A DNA stretch of 64,000 nt from Chlorokybus atmophyticus (taxonomy: Eukaryota > Plantae > Mesostigma and Chlorokybus algae). Shown in pieces: positions 38,044-49,215 of this stretch; the stretch's first letter is position 1; the number at the start of each line of letters is the position of its first letter. The translations under genes and the position numbers were made by a program. A model generated the notes under the pieces. It did no database searches. It had not been told where the DNA came from and saw only the letters and a list, made by a program, of their open reading frames with translations. Location of the stretch: assembly GCA_009103225.1 (NCBI GenBank), contig RHPI01003369.1, forward strand, positions 1,037,490 to 1,101,489, in the 5' to 3' direction.

Positions 38044-38595
38044 ACACGTGCAGTACATAGTGAAGCCTGCCAGCACACATGCATATCTGCTTAGTTGTTC
38101 ATGACATTCAGTGCTTGCATGTTAATTGTGAGCCAGCAACAAGTCTAGCAGTTGATGGCACAGTCTCATGTATGGGGGACTCCCTGCATTCTGTGCGCGC
38201 TCTGTGTGGATGATGGCCAAGTGTGGGCAATGTCCTGCATGATGCATTGTAATGTGCAACAGCTAATATAGTTGGGCGTACAAAGGGACCTCCGGAATTC
38301 GATGGTGATTGCACTATGGGACTCCATGCAATTGCTGTGTTTGGAGCCGAGAGTATCAATAATCAAGCATGACCCATAAAGTGTGAGTGATTCCAAGATG
38401 GCGAACCCCTGTTATACAACGCCACGGTCAGATTCAATTTGCATGTTGTGGAGCAAGCAGCAGTGCTTGCTCAGAGAATGTTCGATGATGTGCACACGGT
38501 GGTTGTGCAAATAAGTTGCTTGCATGGTGTGCATTGCTTGTGCATGCATGTCAGTCACAATCACCGCATTGCTGATATTCTATATAGTAGCGATT

Positions 38596-38723
38596 GTGTA
38601 CAGAAAATGCAAGTGATCATGATGTGCCACCATGGTCAACGATTGTGCACACCCATCGTCCACACGCACGACACGGTCACCAACTCATCACAGGTAAATC
38701 TTATACACAATACACACGTAGGC

Positions 38724-38756
<33 letters not shown>

Positions 38757-39151
38757 CCCCAAGACTTGGTTAGCCAATGAACCAGAAGAATTGCGGCACA
38801 AAGGCACTCTTCTTCTGTGTAGCAGAAAGGGCTGAGACNCACACGACTAACAGGTGGGGTAGGAGTAGAGTTAGTAAGGTAGGTAGCCCGGTAGTCGAAC
38901 ATGTGTGAAGTAGGTGAGTATTTAAGTGGTGGACGTGTGTTGTACATCATGTTCATATGTATGTGCTGCACTATTGCATGCACGCAATAGCTTCTTTGAT
39001 TTCCTGTACATTACACCCCACATTAACCAAAAGCACATAACATCGCTTGCGATCGTTCTCGCATACACAACCGTATGGCACGGTACATGCGCCTTGTGTA
39101 TATGTAATGTGTCGTGCTTGTTGCATGCATCACTTGCACTTTCTGTACACT
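38596..39151. repeat. Inverted pair of dispersed motif family 2 (GTGTACAGAAARTGCAAGTGAT)
   Basis: Plus copy at 38596-38621 and reverse-complement copy at ~39125-39151. A third copy lies at 13028-13053. Confidence 0.7.
38726..38755 (+). repeat. Poly-G tract
   Basis: About 29 consecutive G. Confidence 0.95.
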
Positions 39152-39736
39152 TCACCTCCTGCTGTCGCACCTTCCCCTCCGTTTTTGCCAGTGCCCTTTT
39201 ATGATCTGCAGATCTTTGTTGACACATTGAACAGCGCGGCATCCGCCTCTGTCATTGGAGGGCCTGCTGACACCTCCACCCATCTCGGCATTGCCGCCCC
39301 TCACTCCGTAATTGCTATGGCCTGCACCAGGCCATGGCACTCGCTACAGCTCGCAAGTGACCCCCCTTTTACCGAATTCGCAAGTGTTGTGGGTAAGGGA
39401 GATACATCCCCAATTAGCCCCCACGGTGGTTGCAACTGGAACCACAACGACTGTGCGCAAACACACCAACTCAACCGCTGGTGCTGTTAACGCACGACAC
39501 CTTCAGTCCCATGCTTTTACAGTCGCTTAAGCTGTGCGCGCATCATCTCACAGCTGCTACGCTTGATTGGCTCCAAAGACACCGAAGACACCTCACGACT
39601 GAACATTGCGAATGCACTCAAGGGAGAGCTCCTAGGCCTAACCTTGTATGCACTGCGCATGAGCGGACTTGTTCACTGATTGTTGTCAGCCCAAATGGTG
39701 GTGGTTACTATCCAGTGTGGTAAAAGGTATGGTCAC

Positions 39737-40111
39737 TGGGGGAGAGGGAGAGAGAGGGAGAGAGGGAGAGAGGGAGAGAGGGAGAGAGGGAGAGAGAGAG
39801 AGAGNNNNNNNNNNNNNNNNNNNNNNNNNNNNNNNNNNNNNNNNNNNNNNNNNNNNNNNNNNNNNNNNNNNNNNNNNNNNNNNNNNNNNNNNNNNNNNNN
39901 NNNNNNNNNNNNNNNNNNNNNNNNNNNNNNNNNNNNNNNNNNNNNNNNNNNNNNNNNNNNNNNNNNNNNNNNNNNNNNNNNNNNNNNNNNNNNNNNNNNN
40001 NNNNNNNNNNNNNNNNNNNNNNNNNNNNNNNNNNNNNNNNNNNNNNNNNNNNNNNNNNNNNNNNNNNNNNNNNNNNNNNNNNNNNNNNNNNNNNNNNNNN
40101 NNNNNNNNNNN
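39737..40111 (+). repeat. (GGGAGAGA)n purine tract running into an assembly gap
   Basis: GA-rich repeat followed by about 300 N. Confidence 0.9.
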
Positions 40112-41094
40112 GGGCGTCACCATTGTTGCTGAGCAGCTGGAGCTATGGAGAAGGCTAATCTGGAACCAGGCGGGAGGGAAGGCTACGGTCTATCGTGATG
40201 CTAACGTATTCTCTCCTACGCCGCAGGTGGGAGACAAAGCCTTTGCGTCAGTCCCCATTGCTCCTACGTCTTGCACAAAACTAGTTGCCAGAGTCAGCCC
40301 CGTAAAAGTAGTATACGTGGAATAGTTGGGTGGGAACGGGTGTGTTTCCGTTTGTATTTGTGTGCACATATACTGTTGTAGCCGCTGTGATAAGATTAGC
40401 TCAAGCCATCGTCGGTGAAAGCCAACTCGCCGGCGCTGTCCAACTTGCCGTACGCACGCTTCTGTCATGAGAACATCCTAGTCGTCCATCTTTGGAAGGG
40501 CACCCCCGGTCATTCCAGCTGCCCACCACAATGCTTTCAATGCCTGCAAGGAAAGACTGCACGCACACGAACGAGCATTGGGTTAAGTACTACGGCAGTG
40601 CAAGCCCAAGGCAACATATGCATGCTATGGGCATGCATCCCTTCTTCAAGGAGACAAACAGCACTACTAACGGTATATCCCGGTGTACGTATGATATTAA
40701 GTATGGTGTATGTGCATGGTGTATGTATACATGTACATGGTGTATGTATATTCAACAGGGCATAACCCCTTGGTTCGCTGCCGATGTGGACGACGAAATA
40801 CATGTAAACGCTCAACTTGCTCACAACTGCTCTTGGATAAGGGGCCTGAAGCAGACGCTAAAGCAGTGCTTGTCTCTCAAGCTACAGCTTTCCCCAGCTA
40901 TGGTTCACCGATTGGCACACTATCGTGTCCACCGTGGGACGGGCGGCCCTGGCATTGGTGACTCGCAACAATATCGGGAGGCTGGCGCTTAGTGACTGGG
41001 CGAAGTAACGCTGTCTCACGCAGCTACGTTCAACTCTGACAATTGTGACCTCACACTCCAGGTGTCACACACAGCCAACACAACCTGTACGGTA

Positions 41095-42170
41095 CAAGCG
41101 GCTGTGCAACTGGCTAGCTAGCGAAGCTGAGTGCTTGCATACAAGGCAGCCTGAGTGGGAATGGACACGCAGCTGACTCCAGATGCTGGACGCACAACAG
41201 CAAGAACAGCAACAAGTTGTTGCTTTTCAGCAAGCTTGAATGCAACTGCAAGGCAGAAAGAGGTGAATGCAGTGGCATTCAGTAGCTGAAAGCCCACTCT
41301 GAGGCGTGCACCTGACTCGACGAAAGACTACCAGCATAGCTTGCAGTACACTACCTGTGCTCGCAGCTTACATGAAGCACAGAAATGGCGCTAGATGCAA
41401 GACTCATGAATCTTCTCGGAGCTGACTGCCTTCATTATGTTGAGCTGCACTACAGCAAATGCTATTTTGCTTGCATGGCTAGCAGCACCATCAACACAGA
41501 AACGCAGATTAGTGGCAGTTGGCTGGTGAATGAGTTCCTGCCTGCTAGCGCTGCTGAGCAACTGCCCCAGTAAGCAGCTGCTTATGCCCAGCCAATGGGC
41601 CAGCCAGACAGCATGCACCAGCAGCAGGTAAGGACGAACCCGACAACAGCCACAAGCACGGCTGGTGGCAACTGCGACAAGTACAAAGCCTCTGATGCGC
41701 GAAAAGCTCCCCCTCCTCCTCCTCCTCCTCCCCCTGACTGCCGCCACCTCCTCCGCCTGGCCAATTGCACAAACCACCAGCGTGCACTGCAATTGCCGCA
41801 GAGCTTCAAGCCGCTTGTAATGCAAGTTGTGTGGCACAGACTCTACAGCTTGTGCGTGTCACAGTTGTAAATGTGAGGCACAGGCGGAGGCGGAGGTGGA
41901 GGCGGAGGCGGCGTTGGAAGATGTGACGTGGACGGTCCGTGCGTGCACCGCGTGGCGAAGGGCAGCGGGTCAGCTTAAGCACTGCAGCATGCATCCATAC
42001 AGAAGCTAGGCTTGCATGCGTAGGCTTGCATGCACGCTGCATAATTCATGCTGGCTTGTTGGTGGCTTCCAGCAGGTTTGATTGTCGGTGTTGAGAATTG
42101 TAAGGGTACTGCGGCAAGGGTTTAGGGTGGTGGGTGTTGTGGTCAGTCGCAGAATTGGCAAGCGTTGAGG
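41095..42170. repeat. Duplicated block A (paralogous to 47265-48268); degenerate Pro-rich/Cys-rich minus-strand ORF remnant
   Basis: Colinear matches such as CACGCAGCTGACTCC, GCCAGACAGCATGCACCAGCAGC and TACTGCGGCAAGGGTTT. Both copies read poly-Pro...ACGCxVRPxxLLVHAVW, and this copy has an in-frame TAG where the other has CAG. Confidence 0.8.
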
Positions 42171-42531
42171 GCCATTGGTTGAACGCAAGAGGTGTGCATG
42201 GCTTGTGCGGTGGCTGCGTTTTCGGTGTGCACCTGAACAGGAGTTCAGCCATCTGTGCGCCAGCTGTGTGGTCACATCTTGCATGGCACAAGTCGCATAA
42301 CCACCGACAGCACCAGAGCAGGTTACTACCGCAATCTGTCCTCCGGCAGCCCAACTGAACATATTCTTTGCACTGCAAGCTTACATCGACACTCTGTCCT
42401 GCCTGGTGCTTGCCAATGTTCCTGAAGCATCAGCTGTGGTCCAGTAACATGGCAACCGTATTGCTACTCAAGCGGACCGCATTGCATGCATGTGGCACAG
42501 CAGGCTAGCGCAGTGGCTTTAGCACCCAACC

Positions 42532-43713
42532 ATGGATGGGCTCCTCAAGTCTACACCAGAGTTATTACAGGCGGAACCAGCGCAGCCACTAACGGTACGC
42601 TTTATCCAGCTTATTTGCTGTTTTGACTGCGTGCGTGCGTGCATGGTTGTGTGTTGTGTCGGAGAGCTATCAGCTTGACTTTATTGCTATTTGTGCTTGT
42701 GTGCGCAGCTCTTGTCTCTTGACGAGGGGCTGCTGGTAAGGATTTTGTTAGAGGCATGTCTCACAGCGGTAAGTACTATTACTGTTGGATGCACGCACAA
42801 CACAGCTAAAACAAATCCCTCCATGCTCACAGCAGCTTCCGGATGCAGAACGAAGCTGCGTGGCTGCTACTCGTGTGCAAGGTCTTCTGCGCCGTGCTTC
42901 AAGGCGACAAGCGTTTCTGGAAACATGTGGAAATCATCAATCCCAAGGGCGGCATTGATAAAGTGCTGAATTCAGTTCATGCCAATGCGGGAGGGCGCTT
43001 CGCCCTCAACACAGTATCATGCATGAAGTTCGTGCAGGGGGTGACCTTGTGGTAAAACAGCTGCTTGGAGGGGCTTCAGCTGCTTGGAGAAGTGTTTCCT
43101 GAGGTCACATGTGTGGACTGCTTTCTTGGAGTCGCTGATGTTGACTCCGACAATCTGGCTTGAAGCCTCAGCAACTGCAAGAACATGCACCAGCTGGGTA
43201 TCTCACTGTCTCCCTTTGGCCAAACCTTGGACCTCAGCGCACTCGCAGCATGCAACCACCTGCAAGTGCTCAAGTTGGAGTTTACAGAGCAGAGTGATGA
43301 TGAGCAGCAGGCAGCGCCAACAGGCAGATCAGTGCTCATTGCAGGGTTGAGTGCCATGCCGCAGCTTGTCACTCTGAAAGTTTGTGCACCATCTTGCATT
43401 TTGTCACAGCTTTCCAAAAACGCTGCAAGCCATTGAGTTGCTGGTGGATAACTTAGGATATGGCGGAGTTGTCCCTGAGGATCAGGTTGTTGGCTGAGAA
43501 GTGCAGCAACAGGTGTTGAACTTGGTGGCGCTTGTACCCAACCTGAGCGAGATCTTCATATGCTCATTTGGTCATGACGACAGCAACGTAGTGCGTGTCA
43601 ACGGACAGTCCGATGACGTGGTTTGCTGGCGAGCATGCTGCTTTTCAGCCCCAGACCGCATAGAGCCGAGCGTGTGTGGGTTGTTGAGATCAGAGGCGCT
43701 GATGGACAGGTAA
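42532..43713 (+). pseudogene. F-box/LRR-like gene, probably disrupted
   Basis: LLSLDEGLLVRILL...LLLVCKVFCAVL...FWKHVEI (F-box-like) followed by LRR-like LDLSALAACNHLQVLKLE. One-base frameshift in the G run near 43037-43041 and in-frame TGA at 43161-43163. Confidence 0.6.
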
Positions 43714-43942
43714 CCTGAGACCCTGTTGCGTGCGTGCTTATCCTTCTCAACCAGTCTAGTGAGGAAGCTTTACCAATCAACACTTATCAATCACATTCGG
43801 CACGCAGTTGTGGCGCAAGGAAATTGCTACTGATAGCCGTTTGGCGAAGTGTGTGTCGCTGTGACAAAAGACTAATATATTACACGGGTGCCAATTGGCG
43901 GTTGTTGTGTGCGGAGTCCAATGCTACCCTACTCAAACACAA

Positions 43943-44260
43943 TCATACGGTAGGCTGTACATGAGCAATGTCCTCAAGTACTATATGATGTCTATCGTGC
44001 ACACGCAAGGAGGGGCTGGCGGGCACTGCATCTGCAGCTAGAGCCATAATGGCAGTGGCCTGCGCGCGCTGGAACGTGACAGATATGCGCACACGGAAGG
44101 CAATCTCAAAGCGTGATGGATATCGCGTCTCCAACTCACGAGCATCCAATGCTCGGCGCGCACAAGTAGCCAACAAGTCCATCAACGGGTGACCCATCCA
44201 ACTGTGTGACTTAATCGCCAACTGGATAAGCGTGTCTGTCGTGAAACAACAAAAGTTGAA
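43943..44260 (-). mobile_element. Remnant of a non-LTR retrotransposon C-terminus (CRE/RLE-type)
   Basis: LIQLAIKSHSWMGHPLMDLLATCARRA...FRVRISVTFQRAQATAI resembles the PLAxEsxGxxG...QRLSVALQRgNA tail of RLE-bearing elements. No upstream RT was found. Confidence 0.5.
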
Positions 44261-44873
44261 AGTCTGCTTATAGTGGACAGCAGGAAGACAGGAATGAGGA
44301 AGAGCAGGCCAAGGTGTACGAGATCACGTACCTGGAAAGGCTTCACGTACACACCACTACACACCGCTCTCACAACTCCACTCGACTGTGAGCTTCCTTC
44401 CTCCCGCTGACGCCGCAGTCAGAGCAACATGGCCTCTCCCGTGGATGAAGATGAAGATTATGGATTAAAGTCCAGGATGACAATGCTGGGGTATAGGTTG
44501 AAGAGAATCTGTCAAAGCTCCCCTTGCACATAATTGCGGCTGTTTGAAATCATGCGTGGTGGCAAACAGGCTGCCTACTCCAACCAGGCATGTGCGGGTT
44601 TGATGTGGTGATGCGTAGGATGCTTGCGCTTGTACAGAACAATTGCAATTGCTTGTGTTGGTACCATATTGTAGTGTGGTTTTTGACGATGGGCTGCATG
44701 GGCATAGTCCACGGAACTCTAGCAACCTAACGCTCTGTATTATCCAGGTTTGAAATCAATGCGTACCCGCGTGTGCACACAATAATGATTCCCGTATCCA
44801 CAGAACAAAGGCAAGTTATCAGCAACTAACCTGCCAGCAATGTATAGTTTGCATTGGGATGCCATTGGATAAT

Positions 44874-46984
44874 AAGGGGCTAAACAACAAGACTCGGAGA
44901 TTATGTCCGCTACCACAGTGGCGGTCGCTTTAAACGAGTTTGTAGCGATGCAAACAATGTACCTAGCTAAAGGATAGCTTATGCCAACGCGCAAGCAACT
45001 TACGCTGTCCGCATTGACAGCTCGGAAGTTCGCGGTATAGCCATGCGCTCCTATTGTAACAGCTTGGGAAGCCGTGCACTCTCTTGCGGATCAGTAACCT
45101 GCAAGCAGCTGAGAGCTGAAGCAACCATCAAACACCATGCTAGAATGTCCATAGTGTGGGCACATTATGGGTACACCCCTTTGCACATATATAGACTTGA
45201 AGCATATAATCTTAAGAGGAAAATTGCAGGAATTGTACCGTTTCAATGGTGAGCTGGCGAAGGCTTTGCAGTCTTTCTCCTCTTGCAGCGACAGCAGGGC
45301 CTGATTGTCCTTGGACGCCTGCTTCACCGACATCATGAAGCGAACGGAGTCCAGAGATACGCGCAACCTGAATCAAGTTAAAAAAGGGACTGCTGAGTGC
45401 ATGGTACATACCATACTCGCCAATCAACCAAGGCCCCTCAATATCGCTGGCAGCAGTCAAGCGCACAGCTCCTGCATCACTGGATCATGCAAGCAGGACA
45501 GTTACCTGAAAACCATGACCAACGCCACTATGACGTTGACCTATTGTGGCCGTACCTGGCTTGCCCAGAGAAGTTTTCTTTCCACTGCGTGACATTGACC
45601 ACGTGATGCGAACAGATGGTTTTGCATGCCTGATCTATAGCATCTATAATTTAATCGCCTACACAGACAGGGACACAACATTCCAGCACCTAATCAGAGT
45701 GACGATATTCAGCTCTATCAAAATGTCGCGGCTGGTAAGCCTTATGTACTTGCTTGAAAGCTGCTGTTCGAACTCTTGACACTTCCAGCTGGAGCGCCTG
45801 CGCGCAAGCCAACAACAATGAGGACAATGCAGGCTTGTAGCAGGGCGAAGCTACACGCAACTAGCGCGTGTGCGTGCCATGTGTCGCACGAGCTTAGCCC
45901 ATGGCTTTATTACCCTCAAAGTCATCAATATCGTATCCTGCATACGCATCTTCTGCATCTGTTCATGCACTGCTCCTGGCTCCCGGCAACAGCTTGGAAG
46001 GCGCCGTGTGCATATTGCGGCTGTGACAATGACTCCACTCGCTACTCTTTTGGGGGAAATTGGTGTCACTGCCATGACAGTGCAGTTCACTGCAAGGAGG
46101 CTCGCAGCTCGTTGTAACACGTGCTATATAGCATACATTCGTTGGTTGGCACCGTATGCTGCAGGGTTCTTAAAGCTGTCAACGGAAGTCTCGACTGCGC
46201 TCGTGTGCGCTATGCTCTCCCGCATGCCGTCTTCCAGTGACGTGCGAAAGCGAGCGGCTTGCATCTGAAACAGACTGTCAACACAGATCAAAATCCAAGG
46301 ATAAGTCGCAAACAGCGCAGTTAATGGTTGGTGGACCAAGATATCAGCAACAAACCGCGGAGAGGTTGATTAGGGCGCATGCTTACTGACTCGCTCACTG
46401 AATGGGCATATGTGCCGCACTGCTTTCATCACGCGTTCCTGCCTTGCTTTCAATGTGATCAGCCACCTGATTCAGCTCTCTCTTTTTATGCGCTCTCGCT
46501 CAAGAGCCTTTTCCTTTTCCATTCTGTTATGTCATGACACAAATCAGATTCAACGCAACGCACATGGAGGTATAACTTGAAGACTGTCGTAATCGCCCAT
46601 TGTACAAAGCATGGCAAGCAGCGTGCAGTGGCGGCTACCTTCCCGCTTGCTCTTAATGTCTTGCTCTCGCAATTGCAGCTGATAGCCATTCTGCATCTGC
46701 TGCAATTTCACTTCCTGCTGCTGGCGCCGAGCACGCTCGTCCATCTGTAAACAGAGCACTTCATTTGCTTCAATCTTGTTTAACTTGGCTTCTTTCAATG
46801 ACATGGGTTGGGCTCCTGCACACCATGCCATTGTGCAACGCGCAACTGGAAGTTGCAAACAGACACGTATACAGCAAGTGTGCTCGATCACACTTGCATG
46901 CACACCTCTCGTTGTCGAGTGAGCAACTCCTCCCTTCTGCGCTCTTCCTCCTCCGTGGCTCGCTCCAGCTTGCGCTGCCGCTCC
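44874..46984 (-). pseudogene. 5'-truncated, intron-retaining duplicate of the coiled-coil gene at 49216-52188
   Basis: Colinear with 49103-51137 including introns. Starts mid-exon at ~46984. Last exon has CAA TAG (stop at 45051-45053) where the intact copy has CAA CAG, plus small indels. Confidence 0.85.
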
Positions 46985-47264
46985 ACACCATAAGCAACTG
47001 CTTACCTTACTGCGCAATACTGCACTGACCATAAACTTGGTTACTACACTTTGATGATCATACTACTGAGCTCTATTCACTTCAAGTAGTAAGTAGTAGT
47101 AGTAGTAAGCTACCAGGCAGTACTCACTGCGTGCGTCGCACTGCAGCTGTTTGACTTGATGGTAGCACTAACAAACATGCAAGTGGATAAATTGCAACTT
47201 AGAGCAGCAAGGCTTACAACCCCAACACGTGTGGTTCAAGCAGTGCTAGCCGAGCAGCAAGTTA

Positions 47265-48268
47265 TCAAGCGGTTGTGCAACTTGCTAACTTGGAGCTCAT
47301 TACTTGCACACAGCACAACCTGACGTGGCAATGGTCACGCAGCTGACTCCTTGCCAAGTGCACAAACAGCACGAGTTGTCGCTGACTCAGCAAGTTTGCA
47401 CGCGGCTGCAAGGCAGGACGAGTGAATGCACGCTGCAACTAGCTGGGTGCCCACTCCAAGGCAACTTGAAGTACCTGACCCAACAAGAACCAGCATAGAA
47501 CACATTGCATTGCCTGTGCTCTCATCTTGCATAATGCACAGAAGTAGAGCTAGATGCATGGGCTTGATTGCCTTGTGTACATTAGAAACTGCCCACTACA
47601 GCGTTGCAATTGTATGGCTAGACAGTCAAATCAACACGCCAGTAATGGCGGTTGGCTGTTGAATGCGTCACTGCCTCAGGTAGTGATTAGCAGCAACTGC
47701 AACCCATTGAGCAGCAGCTGCTTGTGGCCAACAAATAGGCCAGAGGAGCCCGCCAGACAGCATGCACCAGCAGCCGGTGAGGACGAACCAAACAGCCACA
47801 AGCACCCGCAACAGGCCCTGCCGGGCATAAGCAGAAGCTCCCCCTTTTCTTGCTCCTCCTCGCCACCGCCTCCGCCAGGCTGGCCACATGGACAGACCAC
47901 CAACTTGCACTGCTGCCTTGGAGGCACAGTTTCTGCAGCTCGTGCGTGTCGTTGTTGTGCCTCGGAGGCACAGGCCCCCCTAGGCGGAGGCGGAGGCGGA
48001 GGCGGAGGTGGTGGTGGAGGTGGAGGTGGAGGCGGCGTTGGTTGTGACGTGAACTGCGCATACGTGGCGGAGGGCAGCGGGTAAGTTTATGCCTTGCAGC
48101 ATGCATGCACAAGTCATGCATGGTGTTGCATAAGGTATGCTGGCTGGATTGTGGCTTTCAGCAGGTTCGCTTGTCGGTTTTAACAGTCGTAAAGTTACTA
48201 CTGCGGCAAGGGTTTCGTGACACCCCGTGGTGGGTGTTGTGGTCAGAAGTGGCAAGCGTCGAGGGCCG
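47265..48268. repeat. Duplicated block A' (paralogue of 41095-42170) with open Pro-rich/Cys-rich minus-strand frame 47687-48121
   Basis: See block A. The poly-Pro tract is expanded in this copy. Confidence 0.8.
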
Positions 48269-48422
48269 TCGCAAAATGTTTCCCCTGCCGGCCGTTTGAA
48301 TATTGGCAACAGACGTGCAACTGAGGATACTTATTGAGACTGTCGACCTTCAGTCTACCGGCGATCTCGATACAGGGACCTGAGCATAACGGCCGTCACC
48401 ATTTGTTAGTGGCCGTCTGCAT

Positions 48423-48506
48423 AAAGGGATTGACCCTAATTAATAGGTACCTGTCAGGTACTCAACAGTTAAGCAAAGGGGACTTGACCTAACTAACAGG
48501 TAACTG
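48423..48506 (+). repeat. Two ~31-bp direct repeats in an AT-rich, GGTACC-rich insert
   Basis: AAAGGGATTGACCCTAATTAATAGGTACCTG and AAAGGGGACTTGACCTAACTAACAGGTAACTG. Confidence 0.7.
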
Positions 48507-49008
48507 ACCGGTATATATCAGTGGGGTACCGGCAATTGTACGCTAGCTGAGCGAAATTGTCAAGTACTTTAAGGTACCTACCGTTAATGATGTGTACCTT
48601 CAAAGGTACCTGCTGCTACCGCTCGGTGATAATTAGATGTCACACGTAATTGTCGTTAGCTGTGCAAGAATGCGTGACAAATAATAAAAAACAAATAAAT
48701 AAATAAATTACACTGTAATATAATGAGCTACTACTATTACCGTTAGTACAACTAGACTACCACTCTTGCTACTACTACCTTTGTACTGAGCTGCGGCACC
48801 TGCACCGCCCGCTCCAGCTCCGCCGCCGCCGTTCTTTCTCCGCCGCCGCTGCCGCCGCCTGGCCTGGTCTGGCCGCCCTGAGGCAAGGAGGGTGGTTAGA
48901 TGGCATGCGGTGTTGCGCGTAGTACAACATCAGACAGCAACTAAGCTCACCTACTGTTAGCCGTTGCCGCCGCCGCCCACAACGCTCTATTCAACTTGAA
49001 GCCGTTGA

Positions 49009-49047
49009 GCGTTTGAATAACTTGGGCAGCCCAAGCTATTCAAACGC
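49009..49047. repeat. Near-perfect 39-bp palindrome/hairpin
   Basis: GCGTTTGAATAACTTGGG-CAG-CCCAAGCTATTCAAACGC: 17 of 18 stem pairs. Confidence 0.9.
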
Positions 49048-49215
49048 GTTGTCGAAACGTGACCCGCAACGGCATTATCGGGTCAGTCCATTGATCAGAG
49101 CAAGGGGTTGAACAGCAAGAATTGCAAACTATGTCCACTGCCATACTGGTGGTCTCTTCTGAAGAAAATGTATGCACATAATGTATGGATGAACTATACC
49201 AATACAGAAGCGGCT

